DNA from: a virus
Taxonomy: Duplodnaviria; Caudoviricetes
IMG/VR virus record: IMGVR_UViG_3300031974_000499
Coordinates: 1-34,662 of that record
DNA: 34,662 nucleotides
Reading direction: 5' to 3' (one strand)
The stretch's first letter is position 1. The number at the start of each line of letters is the position of its first letter. Positions 17,750 through 27,287 of this stretch are shown here, in pieces. The position numbers and the translations under genes were made by a program. The notes under the pieces are model-generated. The model saw only the letters and a list, made by a program, of their open reading frames with translations, was not told where the DNA came from and searched no databases.

Positions 17750-18688
17750 ATGAGCAAGGGCGGAAGTTCAGAAACTACAGACAGCACAACTAGACTCAGT
17801 GATGAGCTACGAGGCAGTGCTGTTGGTGCATTACAAGATGCAGAAAATCTATATAATTTAGGTACTGAAGGTATCTATAAAGGGTCAAGACTTGCTGAAG
17901 AAAACCCGCTAGTCGCTCAGTCTCAAGCAGAAAGGCTAGCGCAGTTTGGAGAAGACGGTAGGTTGTCAGGCTTGATTGACTCTGGATTAAGTAACTTTCA
18001 AAACTATCTAAATGCAGGTGACTTAGCTAATAACCCTGTGTTCCAACAGCAGATGGAAAACATACTAGGAGAAGCTAGTACTCAGTTTTCTAGAGGTTCT
18101 GTGCCTATCTTGCAGAAAGCATCTGCGGCAGGGCAATATGGCGGTAGTGAAGGTGGTGAAGCTTTAGCGTTACTAGGTGGTGAGATAGATAGAAGTACTC
18201 AGAATGCTCTAGCGAAGTATGCACTAGGACAGCAACAGCTAGGACTACAGGCTCAAGGTATGCTTCCTCAAGTGTTACGTACAGGTATGATGGGTCAAGA
18301 CGTTGCTGAATCTGTAGGTAAGCAAAGAAGCTTACGAGAGCAGGCAGAGTTGATGGACGAGATTCAAATGTATGAAGGAGATAGGAACGCAAAGCTTCGT
18401 AATTTGTCTGAGTTCTATCAGTTCTTACAGTCTAGTCCTCTTGTTGCGGAAGCCGATCAATATAGTAAAGTAACTCAACAGACAGCTAGTGATCCATTCA
18501 GTGCATTGCTAGGTACTGCTATGACTGTTATGGGTATGCCTACAGCAGGTGGCGGTAGTATTGGTGGTGATTGGCTTGGTGGTTTATTTGGCGGCGGTGA
18601 AACAGTAGGAACTAATCTTTCTCCTTCTACATCAGCATTAGGTGGCGGTGCAGATGATGTTGTAGCTCGTGACTTTAGTTGGAACTAG
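17750..18688 (+). CDS. DNA ejection / pilot protein
   Basis: MSKGGS start, Q/A/L helical body, AGQYGGS and a Gly-rich hydrophobic C-terminus. Confidence 0.7.
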   Translation: MSKGGSSETTDSTTRLSDELRGSAVGALQDAENLYNLGTEGIYKGSRLAEENPLVAQSQAERLAQFGEDGRLSGLIDSGLSNFQNYLNAGDLANNPVFQQQMENILGEASTQFSRGSVPILQKASAAGQYGGSEGGEALALLGGEIDRSTQNALAKYALGQQQLGLQAQGMLPQVLRTGMMGQDVAESVGKQRSLREQAELMDEIQMYEGDRNAKLRNLSEFYQFLQSSPLVAEADQYSKVTQQTASDPFSALLGTAMTVMGMPTAGGGSIGGDWLGGLFGGGETVGTNLSPSTSALGGGADDVVARDFSWN

Positions 18689-18697
18689 GAGACTAAA

Positions 18698-18970
18698 ATG
18701 GATCCAGCAACTATTATAGCAGGTATCTCAGCAGTTAGTGGTTTGATGAATGCCGCTAAGCCACAGCAAAGTCAGAACAACTCTGCTGATTTATTGTTGC
18801 AACAGTTTCTAGCACAACAGCAAGCACGGAAACAAGAGATGATGAACGCACAGCCTGTACAAGTTCCACAAGCTATGCCTCCGATGTTTCAACCACAGCA
18901 ACAGTTTATGATTCCTAATCAAGTAACAGGCGAAGTAATGCCAATATTCGGAAACAAGGTGATAATGTAA
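18698..18970 (+). CDS. Small Q/M/P-rich probable internal virion protein
   Basis: MDPATIIAGISAVSGL start resembles small ejection proteins; AGGAG RBS. Confidence 0.6.
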   Translation: MDPATIIAGISAVSGLMNAAKPQQSQNNSADLLLQQFLAQQQARKQEMMNAQPVQVPQAMPPMFQPQQQFMIPNQVTGEVMPIFGNKVIM

Positions 18971-19278
18971 TGATGGGTATATTCTCAGCGTTAAAGGAAA
19001 ACAATCCTATAGGCGGTATAGCAGATTTATTAGGTGGAGGTACAGGCTTAACAGGTATGCTTGATAAAGCTTTGTATGCTCAAATGGCTAAGGCACAAGG
19101 TAAGAATAACTTACTCGGTCAGTTGTTATCAGGAGGCGGTACAGGAATACAATCGTTAATGCCTATATTTGGACAGCCTACAGGTATTATTCCTACGCAG
19201 TCTTCAGGACTTACCGAAGACATGTTAATGCCTAACGGTGACGTTGTACCTGTATATAATCAAGGAACAATGCTATGA
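18970..19278 (+). CDS. Small Gly-rich probable internal virion protein
   Basis: TAATG-coupled, with LLGGGTG / LSGGGTG repeats. Confidence 0.6.
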   Translation: MMGIFSALKENNPIGGIADLLGGGTGLTGMLDKALYAQMAKAQGKNNLLGQLLSGGGTGIQSLMPIFGQPTGIIPTQSSGLTEDMLMPNGDVVPVYNQGTML

Positions 19279-19862
19279 CAAAAGATGATGCAGTCTTACG
19301 ATTCTTAATACAGGAAGAAGGGTTTAAGCCTAGAACTTATATCCCTAAGAAAGACGGCAAAGCTATTGGTAACTCTGGACTAACCTTTGGTGTTGGTATT
19401 GACATTGGTCAAATGAATACTAAAGAGTTCTTGAACATGGGATTACCTAAAGAGTTTCAAGAGTCTCTACTACCTTATGTAGGTAAGAAAGGTGCAGAAG
19501 CTTTAGCTGTCGAGAAGGAACTAGGACACTTTACTCTTCCTACTGATGTTGCTATGAACATTAGCCGACAGAAGATTAGTAAATCTACAGATAAAATGAG
19601 AAGTAAATATAAGAACTATGATGAGCTACCGTATCAGCAACAAGCTGTAGGGTTATCATTGCTACACAACTTTGGCGATAGCTCGCTAGACTTTGGAACT
19701 ATGAAGTCTGTTATGGGTGGTGATCTAAAGGGTGGCATATCTAGACTAAGAAACGCAGACGAGTGGAAGAATCCAGAGTTGTTTGCAAGACGAAACAGAG
19801 AAGCTGATTTATTGCAATCGCTTATTCAGCCTCTACAACAGCAGAGAGGTTTAATGCGATGA
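19275..19862 (+). CDS. Pesticin-like (T4 lysozyme fold) muramidase
   Basis: FLIQEEGF...YIPK...NSGLTFGVGIDIGQ and C-terminal RRNREADLL. Confidence 0.85.
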   Translation: MTKDDAVLRFLIQEEGFKPRTYIPKKDGKAIGNSGLTFGVGIDIGQMNTKEFLNMGLPKEFQESLLPYVGKKGAEALAVEKELGHFTLPTDVAMNISRQKISKSTDKMRSKYKNYDELPYQQQAVGLSLLHNFGDSSLDFGTMKSVMGGDLKGGISRLRNADEWKNPELFARRNREADLLQSLIQPLQQQRGLMR

Positions 19863-20887
19863 AGAATCAAGATTTAATAGCACTTTTCGGAGGGTTAGGT
19901 GGAGATCAATCTGACTTTTCTAATCCCTATAGCACGAAAAGTTTCATTGAAAACAGCTTCTCGAATACTCCTATTTACTCAGGGCAAGTTCTTTCACCTC
20001 TAGATAATAAGCCTACTCCTTATGAAGTAGAGCAAGAAAAGAGGCGCTTTGAAAGACAAGGAAAAGTAGGCAATGCTTACGATGACTTTATGCGTACCTT
20101 TGGCCCTAGTACTTATGAAGCTAGGAAGAAATCAGAGTTTAAGAAAGAAGACGAAGCCGCTACAGACATGACTGTAGAAGATTTACAAAAGCAAAGACTA
20201 CAACAACAGCTTGAAAAGAATAAGCAAATGGGCGGTGGTTCTGTAAATAGACCTGAGCTTTCTACAGAGGCGTTACAGAAAGAGTTAGATATTACTCCTA
20301 CTACAGACCTTAAAGAGAAAAGAAAAGAAGATGCTGAGATAAACAAGCAGTCAGGTGTTACAGGTGGAGACACTGCTGACAACACTAACTGGTTTGATCG
20401 TCTAAATGAAAAGGTAGACTTGATGGCTATGGGTGCGGCTATGCTTGCAGGTTCTAGTAGCGGTAGAGGTACTGCGGCTAACATAGGTCAAGCGTTGCAG
20501 GTTGGTATTGCTTCTAGAAATAAAGAACAGCTACAAGAAGAAGCTAAGAAAAGAGCAGATGCTCAGTTGGCTCTTCAGCTATTAGCCGCTCAGAATAAAG
20601 GCGGTATGTATACTAACTATGGCTCTAAGGTTCAGGGTTTATCTTCTGAGTTGCAAGGTGCAGGTGTTGGTGGTGAAAAGTCAGAGCTAGATGCCTTAGC
20701 TAGACTAATATATGGCGTAGACCCTCGAATCATTAATGCTCCTGAAGCCGCTAGAAATAAAGTATTTAAATATATGGCTAAAGAGTTAGGCGATGATTGG
20801 TTTGGTGATGGTGGAGAAATATCAATTGACGAAGCCAGAGAAGGATATCAAGACGCTATTAAACAGCTTAACGCAGGAAACTTATAA
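19859..20887 (+). CDS. Probable DNA ejection protein
   Basis: 342 aa; LMAMGAAMLAG...NIGQALQVG segment followed by a coiled coil; lies before the large internal virion protein. Confidence 0.6.
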   Translation: MKNQDLIALFGGLGGDQSDFSNPYSTKSFIENSFSNTPIYSGQVLSPLDNKPTPYEVEQEKRRFERQGKVGNAYDDFMRTFGPSTYEARKKSEFKKEDEAATDMTVEDLQKQRLQQQLEKNKQMGGGSVNRPELSTEALQKELDITPTTDLKEKRKEDAEINKQSGVTGGDTADNTNWFDRLNEKVDLMAMGAAMLAGSSSGRGTAANIGQALQVGIASRNKEQLQEEAKKRADAQLALQLLAAQNKGGMYTNYGSKVQGLSSELQGAGVGGEKSELDALARLIYGVDPRIINAPEAARNKVFKYMAKELGDDWFGDGGEISIDEAREGYQDAIKQLNAGNL

Positions 20888-23800
20888 TGACTCAATCTAT
20901 AGCAGATGTTGATTTCAACTCTCTATGGGACATGGCTGATGCTCAATACGATGAAAGAGTAGCCCGCAAGCCTGACGGAATAGGCGATCAAATAGGAGCA
21001 GGTGTCGATCTAGGACAGGCTCTCTTGTACCGTGGAGGTCAATCCTTAGCAGAAGCTTTCGGCTTTGCTGACAGTGCGTTTGGTCAGGCAATGGTTGAAG
21101 GTAAAGAAGAGAACATGCGCGATGTACAGAAAGTTACAGCGCATCCTTTGTATGACGAAGAGGGTGAGTTCTCTTTTAGAGGCTTAGCAGATCAAGTAGC
21201 TAGAGGTGCAGGTACAGTTGGTGTAGCCTTGCCTTCATTGTTAGCCGCACCTGCGGCAGTAGCTATTGGGGCTAAAGGCTCAGCAGGAGCTTTGGTTGCA
21301 GGTGGTGTTACCTCTGGGCTTATGAACGTAGGCGACATTGGTCTTAAAGCTGAAGACATGGACGAGGCTTACACAGCATCGCTAGCAGACATTGGTACTG
21401 GTCTTGCTCTAGGTGCGTTAGAGCCTCTAGCGGCGGCTAAGTTTGTTAAAGCTATGACACCTGCTATTAAGAATATGTCTCCTGAAGTTCTTAAATCACT
21501 TGAAGCAGGTAAAACAGACTTAGCAGTTAAGTATCTTAGAGAAGGTGCAGGTAGAGGTGCAGGTCTTGGACGTAACGTAGGTACTGCTATGGTAACGTCT
21601 GGTCTTACTGAAGCTGTGCAGGATTTCAGTACAACACTAGCCGCTAGTAATGCTACTAGTTATTGGGATGAGCTTGACGTTCAAGAGGCTATGAAAGAGT
21701 CTGCTATTGAAGGTCTTGTCGGTGGTATCTTAGGCTTACCTTTTGGGGTAGGTGGTAGCATTATGACTAAGGCACAGAACAATGCTGACTTAGCTGTAGC
21801 AAAGCAACTTGAAGAAGGTATCTTAGAATATAACCCTGACGCATCTGATAAGTGGGTTAAGAATTATGAAAAGATTCCAGTAACTGAAACTAAAGCGGCT
21901 CACTTATATAATAGATTGCTAGCGCCTGTACTTGGAGATAAACCTGCACAGTTTGTAGGTAGAGTTAATACACCTAAGGCTAGAAAGCTAGCGGCTAAGT
22001 TTCAACAGACTACTGGTGACTTTGGACGTAGGGTAGGTGTAGTTCCTGTTCACTTTAATGCTATGCAGTACAAGGCGGCTTACAATAAAGGCATTAGAGA
22101 GTTTATGCAGTTGAGCAGGGAAGAGGCTCAAGCTGTACATGACCATCGTGTTATGCCTGAAGATAGTAAAGAAAACAAAGCCTTGAAGAACGAGGCGTAC
22201 GCTAACCTAAATAAGCAACAGAAGAAAGCATCTAATGAGTTAGCTACATTCTTAGACTTGACAATTAAGAACGACTTGAAAGCTGTGGAGATTGACACTA
22301 CTCTTTATGAGGGTGGTACTTACTTCCCACTACTTGGAAGACTTGACTACAAGAAGATAAGAAACAACAGAACAGAGTTTATTGAACAAGCTGTCGCTGA
22401 AGCTGAAGCCAATGGTCTAGACCTTAGTCGCGATAAGATTGAAGCCTATGTAGGTAGGATTGAGGAACAAGGCTACGAGCATTTTGGTAACGAAACTAAT
22501 GTTAATGTTGTTGATAACTTCAAAGAGAATGTAGAGGCTAGAGCTAAAGAGATACAAAAGAAAGAAGAGCTGTCTGAAGAAGACGCTTACAAGAAAGCTA
22601 TGAAGGAAGTAGCTAAAAGCAAGGACGGTCAGGTAGGGTTTAGCTTTGAGAAAGGAGCTAAGGTTAACAAGCAGAATGCTGTTGAAACCCATCGTGCGTT
22701 AGCCGAGTTACCTCAAGACTTCTGGAACAACTGGCTTGATCCTAAGACTAGCGTTCAGGAAGCTATCTACTCTTACTATGAGATGATGGCGGAAAGACTT
22801 GGACATGCTAAGACCTTTGGCTCAGAGAACGAGTTGTTTTATGCAGAGCTTTACGATGTTATTGCAGATGCTAAAAGACAAGGTAAGAAGTTTGATACTA
22901 GACTAGCTCTCAATAACATGGCAGATGCTATGAATTTATCTCAGCGTATCCCTAAGCGTAACTTAGATACATCTAGAGGGACTGCCGTTAGAACCGCACA
23001 GAATGCTATTAGAGCGGGTTTATCTGTAACCTTACTACCCCTATCTATTCTTCCTTCTTTGGCTGAGGTGTTCGTTGTGGCCTCTAAAACAGGACAGACA
23101 GGTAAGACTATAACTACAGCAGGTAAACTAGCAGGTAGGATAATTAAGCAACAGTTTAAGCATGGTCGTGGGTTATCCTTTAAAGAAGCTAGTACTTTAG
23201 TAGATCAAGGTATCTTAGAAGACATGGGTATTAGTCTTTATGAGCTAAAGAATACTGCGGCGGCTCGGATTGGTGACAATGAGATTGGTGGTAGGATTAC
23301 TAATATAGAAAACTTCTTCTATAACCTAACGCTAACGCCACAATGGACTGAGGCTTTGAGAATGACTGCGGCTATCATGGCAGAGCAAGCATTCAGATCA
23401 GACCTTGTACTGTACTCGGAAGCTGTAGCTACAGGTAATCTAGAAGAACAGCTACGCATCAGTGACAAGTTTGCTGAGGCAGGTCTTAACATGACTGAAG
23501 CTTACAACTGGCATCGAAGAGGCGGTAAGAAAGATAAGTTCTATAGAGATCAGTTTAGAATGGGTATTCTTAACGTCATTGAAGACACTGTCATGCGTCC
23601 GCGTATGGTACAGAAACCTGCATGGATGGCTGATGAAAGGTTTAAGCTATTGGCTCAGTTGAAGTCGTTTGCTATCGTGTTCAACAACGTGGTTATGAAA
23701 GGTTGGTATAACCAGATGGTTGCTAATGGTACAGCACAGGACAAGATGAAGCAAGCGGCAGTTATAGCACCTTACATAGGTATGATGGTAGCTACTCAAA

Positions 23801-24120
23801 TAATGGCATCTGCTCTGCGTGAGTTTGCTAAGACAGGTGACATCGAAAAGTGGGAAGATAGAGACGCGATGGAACATGCTCTGTCTGCGATCACTTACAT
23901 TGGTGGTTTGTCATTTGCTGTTGATCCGCTAAGAGCTAGTAACTGGGGTGTTGACCCAACAAGCGTACTACTTGGCCCTGCGGCATCGAAGTTCAACGAT
24001 ACAATGGGTGGTATTAGTGCGATAATGTCAGGTAGTATAGCACCTGAAGATGTGATTATGGAAGTGCTTAGAGATGTGGGTAAATCATTCCCAATAATCC
24101 CTGCACTATTGGAGGAATAA
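20887..24120 (+). CDS. Large internal virion / DNA ejection protein
   Basis: 1077 aa with an Ala/Gly-rich hydrophobic N-terminal third, GLTEAVQ, and a C-terminal QLKSF...LLGPA region. Last large gene of the structural arm. Confidence 0.75.
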   Translation: MTQSIADVDFNSLWDMADAQYDERVARKPDGIGDQIGAGVDLGQALLYRGGQSLAEAFGFADSAFGQAMVEGKEENMRDVQKVTAHPLYDEEGEFSFRGLADQVARGAGTVGVALPSLLAAPAAVAIGAKGSAGALVAGGVTSGLMNVGDIGLKAEDMDEAYTASLADIGTGLALGALEPLAAAKFVKAMTPAIKNMSPEVLKSLEAGKTDLAVKYLREGAGRGAGLGRNVGTAMVTSGLTEAVQDFSTTLAASNATSYWDELDVQEAMKESAIEGLVGGILGLPFGVGGSIMTKAQNNADLAVAKQLEEGILEYNPDASDKWVKNYEKIPVTETKAAHLYNRLLAPVLGDKPAQFVGRVNTPKARKLAAKFQQTTGDFGRRVGVVPVHFNAMQYKAAYNKGIREFMQLSREEAQAVHDHRVMPEDSKENKALKNEAYANLNKQQKKASNELATFLDLTIKNDLKAVEIDTTLYEGGTYFPLLGRLDYKKIRNNRTEFIEQAVAEAEANGLDLSRDKIEAYVGRIEEQGYEHFGNETNVNVVDNFKENVEARAKEIQKKEELSEEDAYKKAMKEVAKSKDGQVGFSFEKGAKVNKQNAVETHRALAELPQDFWNNWLDPKTSVQEAIYSYYEMMAERLGHAKTFGSENELFYAELYDVIADAKRQGKKFDTRLALNNMADAMNLSQRIPKRNLDTSRGTAVRTAQNAIRAGLSVTLLPLSILPSLAEVFVVASKTGQTGKTITTAGKLAGRIIKQQFKHGRGLSFKEASTLVDQGILEDMGISLYELKNTAAARIGDNEIGGRITNIENFFYNLTLTPQWTEALRMTAAIMAEQAFRSDLVLYSEAVATGNLEEQLRISDKFAEAGLNMTEAYNWHRRGGKKDKFYRDQFRMGILNVIEDTVMRPRMVQKPAWMADERFKLLAQLKSFAIVFNNVVMKGWYNQMVANGTAQDKMKQAAVIAPYIGMMVATQIMASALREFAKTGDIEKWEDRDAMEHALSAITYIGGLSFAVDPLRASNWGVDPTSVLLGPAASKFNDTMGGISAIMSGSIAPEDVIMEVLRDVGKSFPIIPALLEE

Positions 24121-24512
24121 TGATAGGCGTAACAGATTTAATTGCAAACATATTCAAACCTGCGGCAAAGCTTGTTGATGATTTACATACGTCAGATGAA
24201 GAACGACTGACTGCTAAGAGTAAGATGCTAGAAGTACAGGCGGCGGCGATGCAACAGGTGTTTGATTACGAGACACAAGCGTTAACTGCTCGTGCTAATA
24301 TAGTAAACAGTGAGGCTAGTTCAAGTAACTTGTTAGCATCTTCTTGGAGACCACTAACGATGTTGACTTTCTTGGTACTTGCTGTAGGTGATTCGCTAGG
24401 TTTACTAGCAACCCCTCTCAGGGATGAAGCATGGATGCTTTTACAATTAGGTCTCGGCGGTTATGTCGTAGGTCGAAGTGGTGAGAAGATAGCACAGACT
24501 ATTAAGAAGTAA
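24120..24512 (+). CDS. Holin-like membrane protein (3TM holin type)
   Basis: LVDDLHTSDEER, EASS...SWRP, hydrophobic segments and LGGYVVGRSGEK. Confidence 0.7.
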   Translation: MIGVTDLIANIFKPAAKLVDDLHTSDEERLTAKSKMLEVQAAAMQQVFDYETQALTARANIVNSEASSSNLLASSWRPLTMLTFLVLAVGDSLGLLATPLRDEAWMLLQLGLGGYVVGRSGEKIAQTIKK

Positions 24513-24521
24513 GGATACACT

Positions 24522-24560
24522 AAAAAGCCCCTACACCGTTTGGTATAGGGGCTTTCTTTT
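24522..24560. terminator. Bidirectional intrinsic terminator between the two genome arms
   Basis: AAAAAGCCCCTACACC-GTTT-GGTATAGGGGCTTTCTTTT: a GC stem flanked by an A-run and a T-run, between convergent genes. Confidence 0.9.
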
Positions 24561-24566
24561 GTCTAG

Positions 24567-26432
24567 TTAAATCTCACATGCTCCTCCAACACACGCTAAT
24601 GTTTGTGATCCTTCTGTTTGGTCACTCTGTTCTGTGATGTCCCACTCGATGGCTTTAGGCATCTTCTTAGCAAGTTCCTCATATTGCTCTTTGGTAATCT
24701 GTTCGTAAGGTGCTTGTTCATAAGAATGCTCGCTGAAAGGCAGGAACGAGACACCACTACAACTATCGAAATGATTGTACAGCCAACTACCAATATCAAG
24801 AAACTCAGAGTCGCGGTAATAGACTGTAACTGAGGGTTTGTGTTCACACCAGTGTTTTTGATATACATCCCATAACTCCAGTTGTTCCATTCCTGTTTGC
24901 GAGGCAGACATCACTGCTCCTCTCGGTGCTTTCTGAGGGAAGCTGAACACCAAAGTAGAAGGTGATCTGTTGTCTACCTCAGACTCTATTCCCGCATTGT
25001 TAAGTACACTACATAAAGGGTCATTGACATCAGCACGAACGCGCCTAATGTAGTAAGGAGCGAATCTGCCGTGAATACCGCTAGCAGAGTTAACAAGCTG
25101 AGACACAGTGCCACTAGGTTTAACACAAGTGATGGCGGTTGACTGATTGATACCAAGCTTTTGTGACCAAGCTTTATTAGTGACCACAGCTTCCGCCCGA
25201 AGTCCTTCAAGTAATTCAGGTAATCCATTCTTTCCTCCGTTGGTTAGTTTACAATCTTGAATGCCTGTCATGGATACGCCAAGCAAGGCTTCCTCTTCAG
25301 TGTTCTGCTTCCACTTACTCCGCAGATATCTAAAGTCTGTTAGGGTAGCTTGCAGAGTACCTAATATAGTTGCAAGTCGTACCTTTCTCTTGAGTGATTC
25401 TTCTGTGTCGTTAGCCCTGACAACAACTTCTGACAGGTTACAGAACTGATTAGGACGCAGTATGATTTCACTACAAGGGTTTGTCCCAAAGTCATGGTTA
25501 GGGTCTCGTCTTCCGTTTCTCTCGGCTTGACGCTGACTGGCTACTCTACTGAAGAACCCACGCTCACCGCTTCTGCTTTCATACAAGCTTGACCATTCGT
25601 TTAAGAATGCTTCAAAGTCAGGCTTCTCTGTGTAACATGCGCTGTTGTTAGCTAGTCCTCGTTGTGGATTCTCTACCCACCATTGTCCTGATTTGGCTCT
25701 TCTAATGCGATCATCGGTGAGGTTACTGAGACTGATAAGAGCTGATCTTCTGACTCCGCCAACGATGACGATTTGTGCAATCTTACAGCAGAGATCGTGA
25801 CATTCGATGGAAGAGAGCTTTCTACCTGCGGCAGACCGAAAGACTTCAACAGTGAACTTGAAGAGGTCTTCGAGAGGCTCTGGGCCAGATGCTCTACCAC
25901 CGAAGGTTTTAAGGGGTTCGCCCGAAGCTCGAACTCTAGATAAGTCCCACTTAGGAACTTGACCACTATAGAGCATTGTGATAAGTTCACGGTAGGCTTT
26001 AGCCCATCCAATCTTAGAGTCGGCAACGTGGATGATTGTTTCTGTTGCATGGAAGTCCTCCGATACTTCGGGTAGTTTGTTTATGTATTGTCGCTCGACA
26101 CTGAATCCTGCACCTGTACCACACATCAAGATGTACATCATCTCATCGAATGCTTTAGGGTGGTCGATAGGTAGATAGCTACAGTTGAACCCTGCTACGT
26201 TGTCTCTGTCTAACGCCTCTCCTGCTGTCATTAACGCTCGCATAGATGGCATAACTTCTAGGTTGATGATAGCTTCTCTTAGCTCCTCAGCCGTCCTATC
26301 ATCAAGGCTACCTCTGTTCTTAAAGAATGAGATGTACCTGTCTACTGTTTCATCCCATGTTTCTCTGCGTTGTTCATCAGGAAGATAACGTGCGTATCTA
26401 CTCTTGTGAATATAACTTTGATATACGTCCAT
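24567..26432 (-). CDS. nrdJ: Class II (adenosylcobalamin-dependent) ribonucleotide reductase
   Basis: SRYARY...RETW, MPSMRAL, FNCSY, GGVRRSA, catalytic TNPCSEI, VKPSGTVS and C-terminal Cys pair ACVGGACEI. No beta-subunit gene nearby. Confidence 0.93.
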   Translation of the reverse strand: MDVYQSYIHKSRYARYLPDEQRRETWDETVDRYISFFKNRGSLDDRTAEELREAIINLEVMPSMRALMTAGEALDRDNVAGFNCSYLPIDHPKAFDEMMYILMCGTGAGFSVERQYINKLPEVSEDFHATETIIHVADSKIGWAKAYRELITMLYSGQVPKWDLSRVRASGEPLKTFGGRASGPEPLEDLFKFTVEVFRSAAGRKLSSIECHDLCCKIAQIVIVGGVRRSALISLSNLTDDRIRRAKSGQWWVENPQRGLANNSACYTEKPDFEAFLNEWSSLYESRSGERGFFSRVASQRQAERNGRRDPNHDFGTNPCSEIILRPNQFCNLSEVVVRANDTEESLKRKVRLATILGTLQATLTDFRYLRSKWKQNTEEEALLGVSMTGIQDCKLTNGGKNGLPELLEGLRAEAVVTNKAWSQKLGINQSTAITCVKPSGTVSQLVNSASGIHGRFAPYYIRRVRADVNDPLCSVLNNAGIESEVDNRSPSTLVFSFPQKAPRGAVMSASQTGMEQLELWDVYQKHWCEHKPSVTVYYRDSEFLDIGSWLYNHFDSCSGVSFLPFSEHSYEQAPYEQITKEQYEELAKKMPKAIEWDITEQSDQTEGSQTLACVGGACEI

Positions 26433-26560
26433 TACTTCTTTACCTCTTTGTCTTTTGATTTGTCTTTTGGTTTATCTTTCTTGCCGAAGATAGCGTCCCA
26501 ATTAGACTCGAATGTTTCTGGGTTTGGTATAGGTCTTGGGCTACTGCCTTTACCTGACAT
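26432..26560 (-). CDS. 42-aa hypothetical protein (not in ORF track)
   Basis: MSGKGSSPRPIPNPETFESNWDAIFGKKDKPKDKSKDKEVKK*, with an AGGAGG RBS and a TAATG overlap with nrdJ. Confidence 0.8.
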   Translation of the reverse strand: MSGKGSSPRPIPNPETFESNWDAIFGKKDKPKDKSKDKEVKK

Positions 26561-26569
26561 AATATCCTC

Positions 26570-26818
26570 CTATTGTAGAGTGTCTGATATGGTAGGCTCG
26601 CCTGATAACAATCCTATCTTAGCCGACTCTAGTAGGAAGATAGCCTCAGCAATACTAAGACTAGTCCCTACTGTCGTGTATCCTATCCTGTCATATACAA
26701 CCAATGCAAACTCTGTTTCCGTATCGTCCTCATCTAGTTGTAAGCTATCTATAGCGGCTGTTAGTTTCTCAAGCGTGGTCATTGCTTCCTTGTTAAATTT
26801 ACCATCAATCACTTTCAT
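26570..26818 (-). CDS. Hypothetical protein
   Basis: Start moved to MKVIDGKF (ATG 26818), just after the upstream stop. Confidence 0.75.
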   Translation of the reverse strand: MKVIDGKFNKEAMTTLEKLTAAIDSLQLDEDDTETEFALVVYDRIGYTTVGTSLSIAEAIFLLESAKIGLLSGEPTISDTLQ

Positions 26819-26820
26819 AT

Positions 26821-27135
26821 TTATACCTGTTGTTCTATGAGTCTCTCTAAGTACCACTTGGCTTTCTCAAGGTCTTCCTTTGGTTTATCCTTGTAGGTGT
26901 ATCGCCATAAGTATTTCATTGCGTTACCTTTAAGGTATCCTTTGAACTCTTGTAGAGACATAGATTCTTTGATAGCTTCTATGCATTCAATACTACCTTT
27001 GTTGTAGTGTGGTGGTTCTTCTACCATTTGTTTCGATTCTTCTTCAGCCATTTGAGCTAATCGTTTATGGTTGAAGTATCCCGCTGAGTGTGTAACTTTG
27101 TCCCACTCTTCTGGAGTAGCGTCATCGATACTCAT
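26821..27135 (-). CDS. DUF3310 (SaV / T7 gp1.7-like) protein
   Basis: VEEPPHY...IECIEAI...GNAMKYLWRY..K...EDLEKAKWYL. Confidence 0.88.
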   Translation of the reverse strand: MSIDDATPEEWDKVTHSAGYFNHKRLAQMAEEESKQMVEEPPHYNKGSIECIEAIKESMSLQEFKGYLKGNAMKYLWRYTYKDKPKEDLEKAKWYLERLIEQQV

Positions 27136-27287
27136 TCTAATTCCTCCTCAAGTTCTTCATAGCGTTCTTCAATCTTGTCTTTAAACTTAGAAACGATATC
27201 TTCACTAGCTATATCTAATACCTCTAGTAGTGTTATCTCGTCTAGATATGAAAGACGTTCGCATAGATCATCAAATGTTAGTGCCAT
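27132..27287 (-). CDS. Small acidic hypothetical protein
   Basis: MALTFDDLCERLSYLDEITLLEVLDI..., with GGAG upstream of ATG 27287. Confidence 0.75.
   Translation of the reverse strand: MALTFDDLCERLSYLDEITLLEVLDIASEDIVSKFKDKIEERYEELEEELE

Noticed and set aside
465-23877. Minus-strand and alternate-frame ORFs in the structural arm (e.g. 465-824, 2103-2648, 5367-5663, 8102-9304, 20113-20484)
   Set aside because: They lie within confident genes, lack an RBS or recognisable motif, and look like codon-bias shadows.
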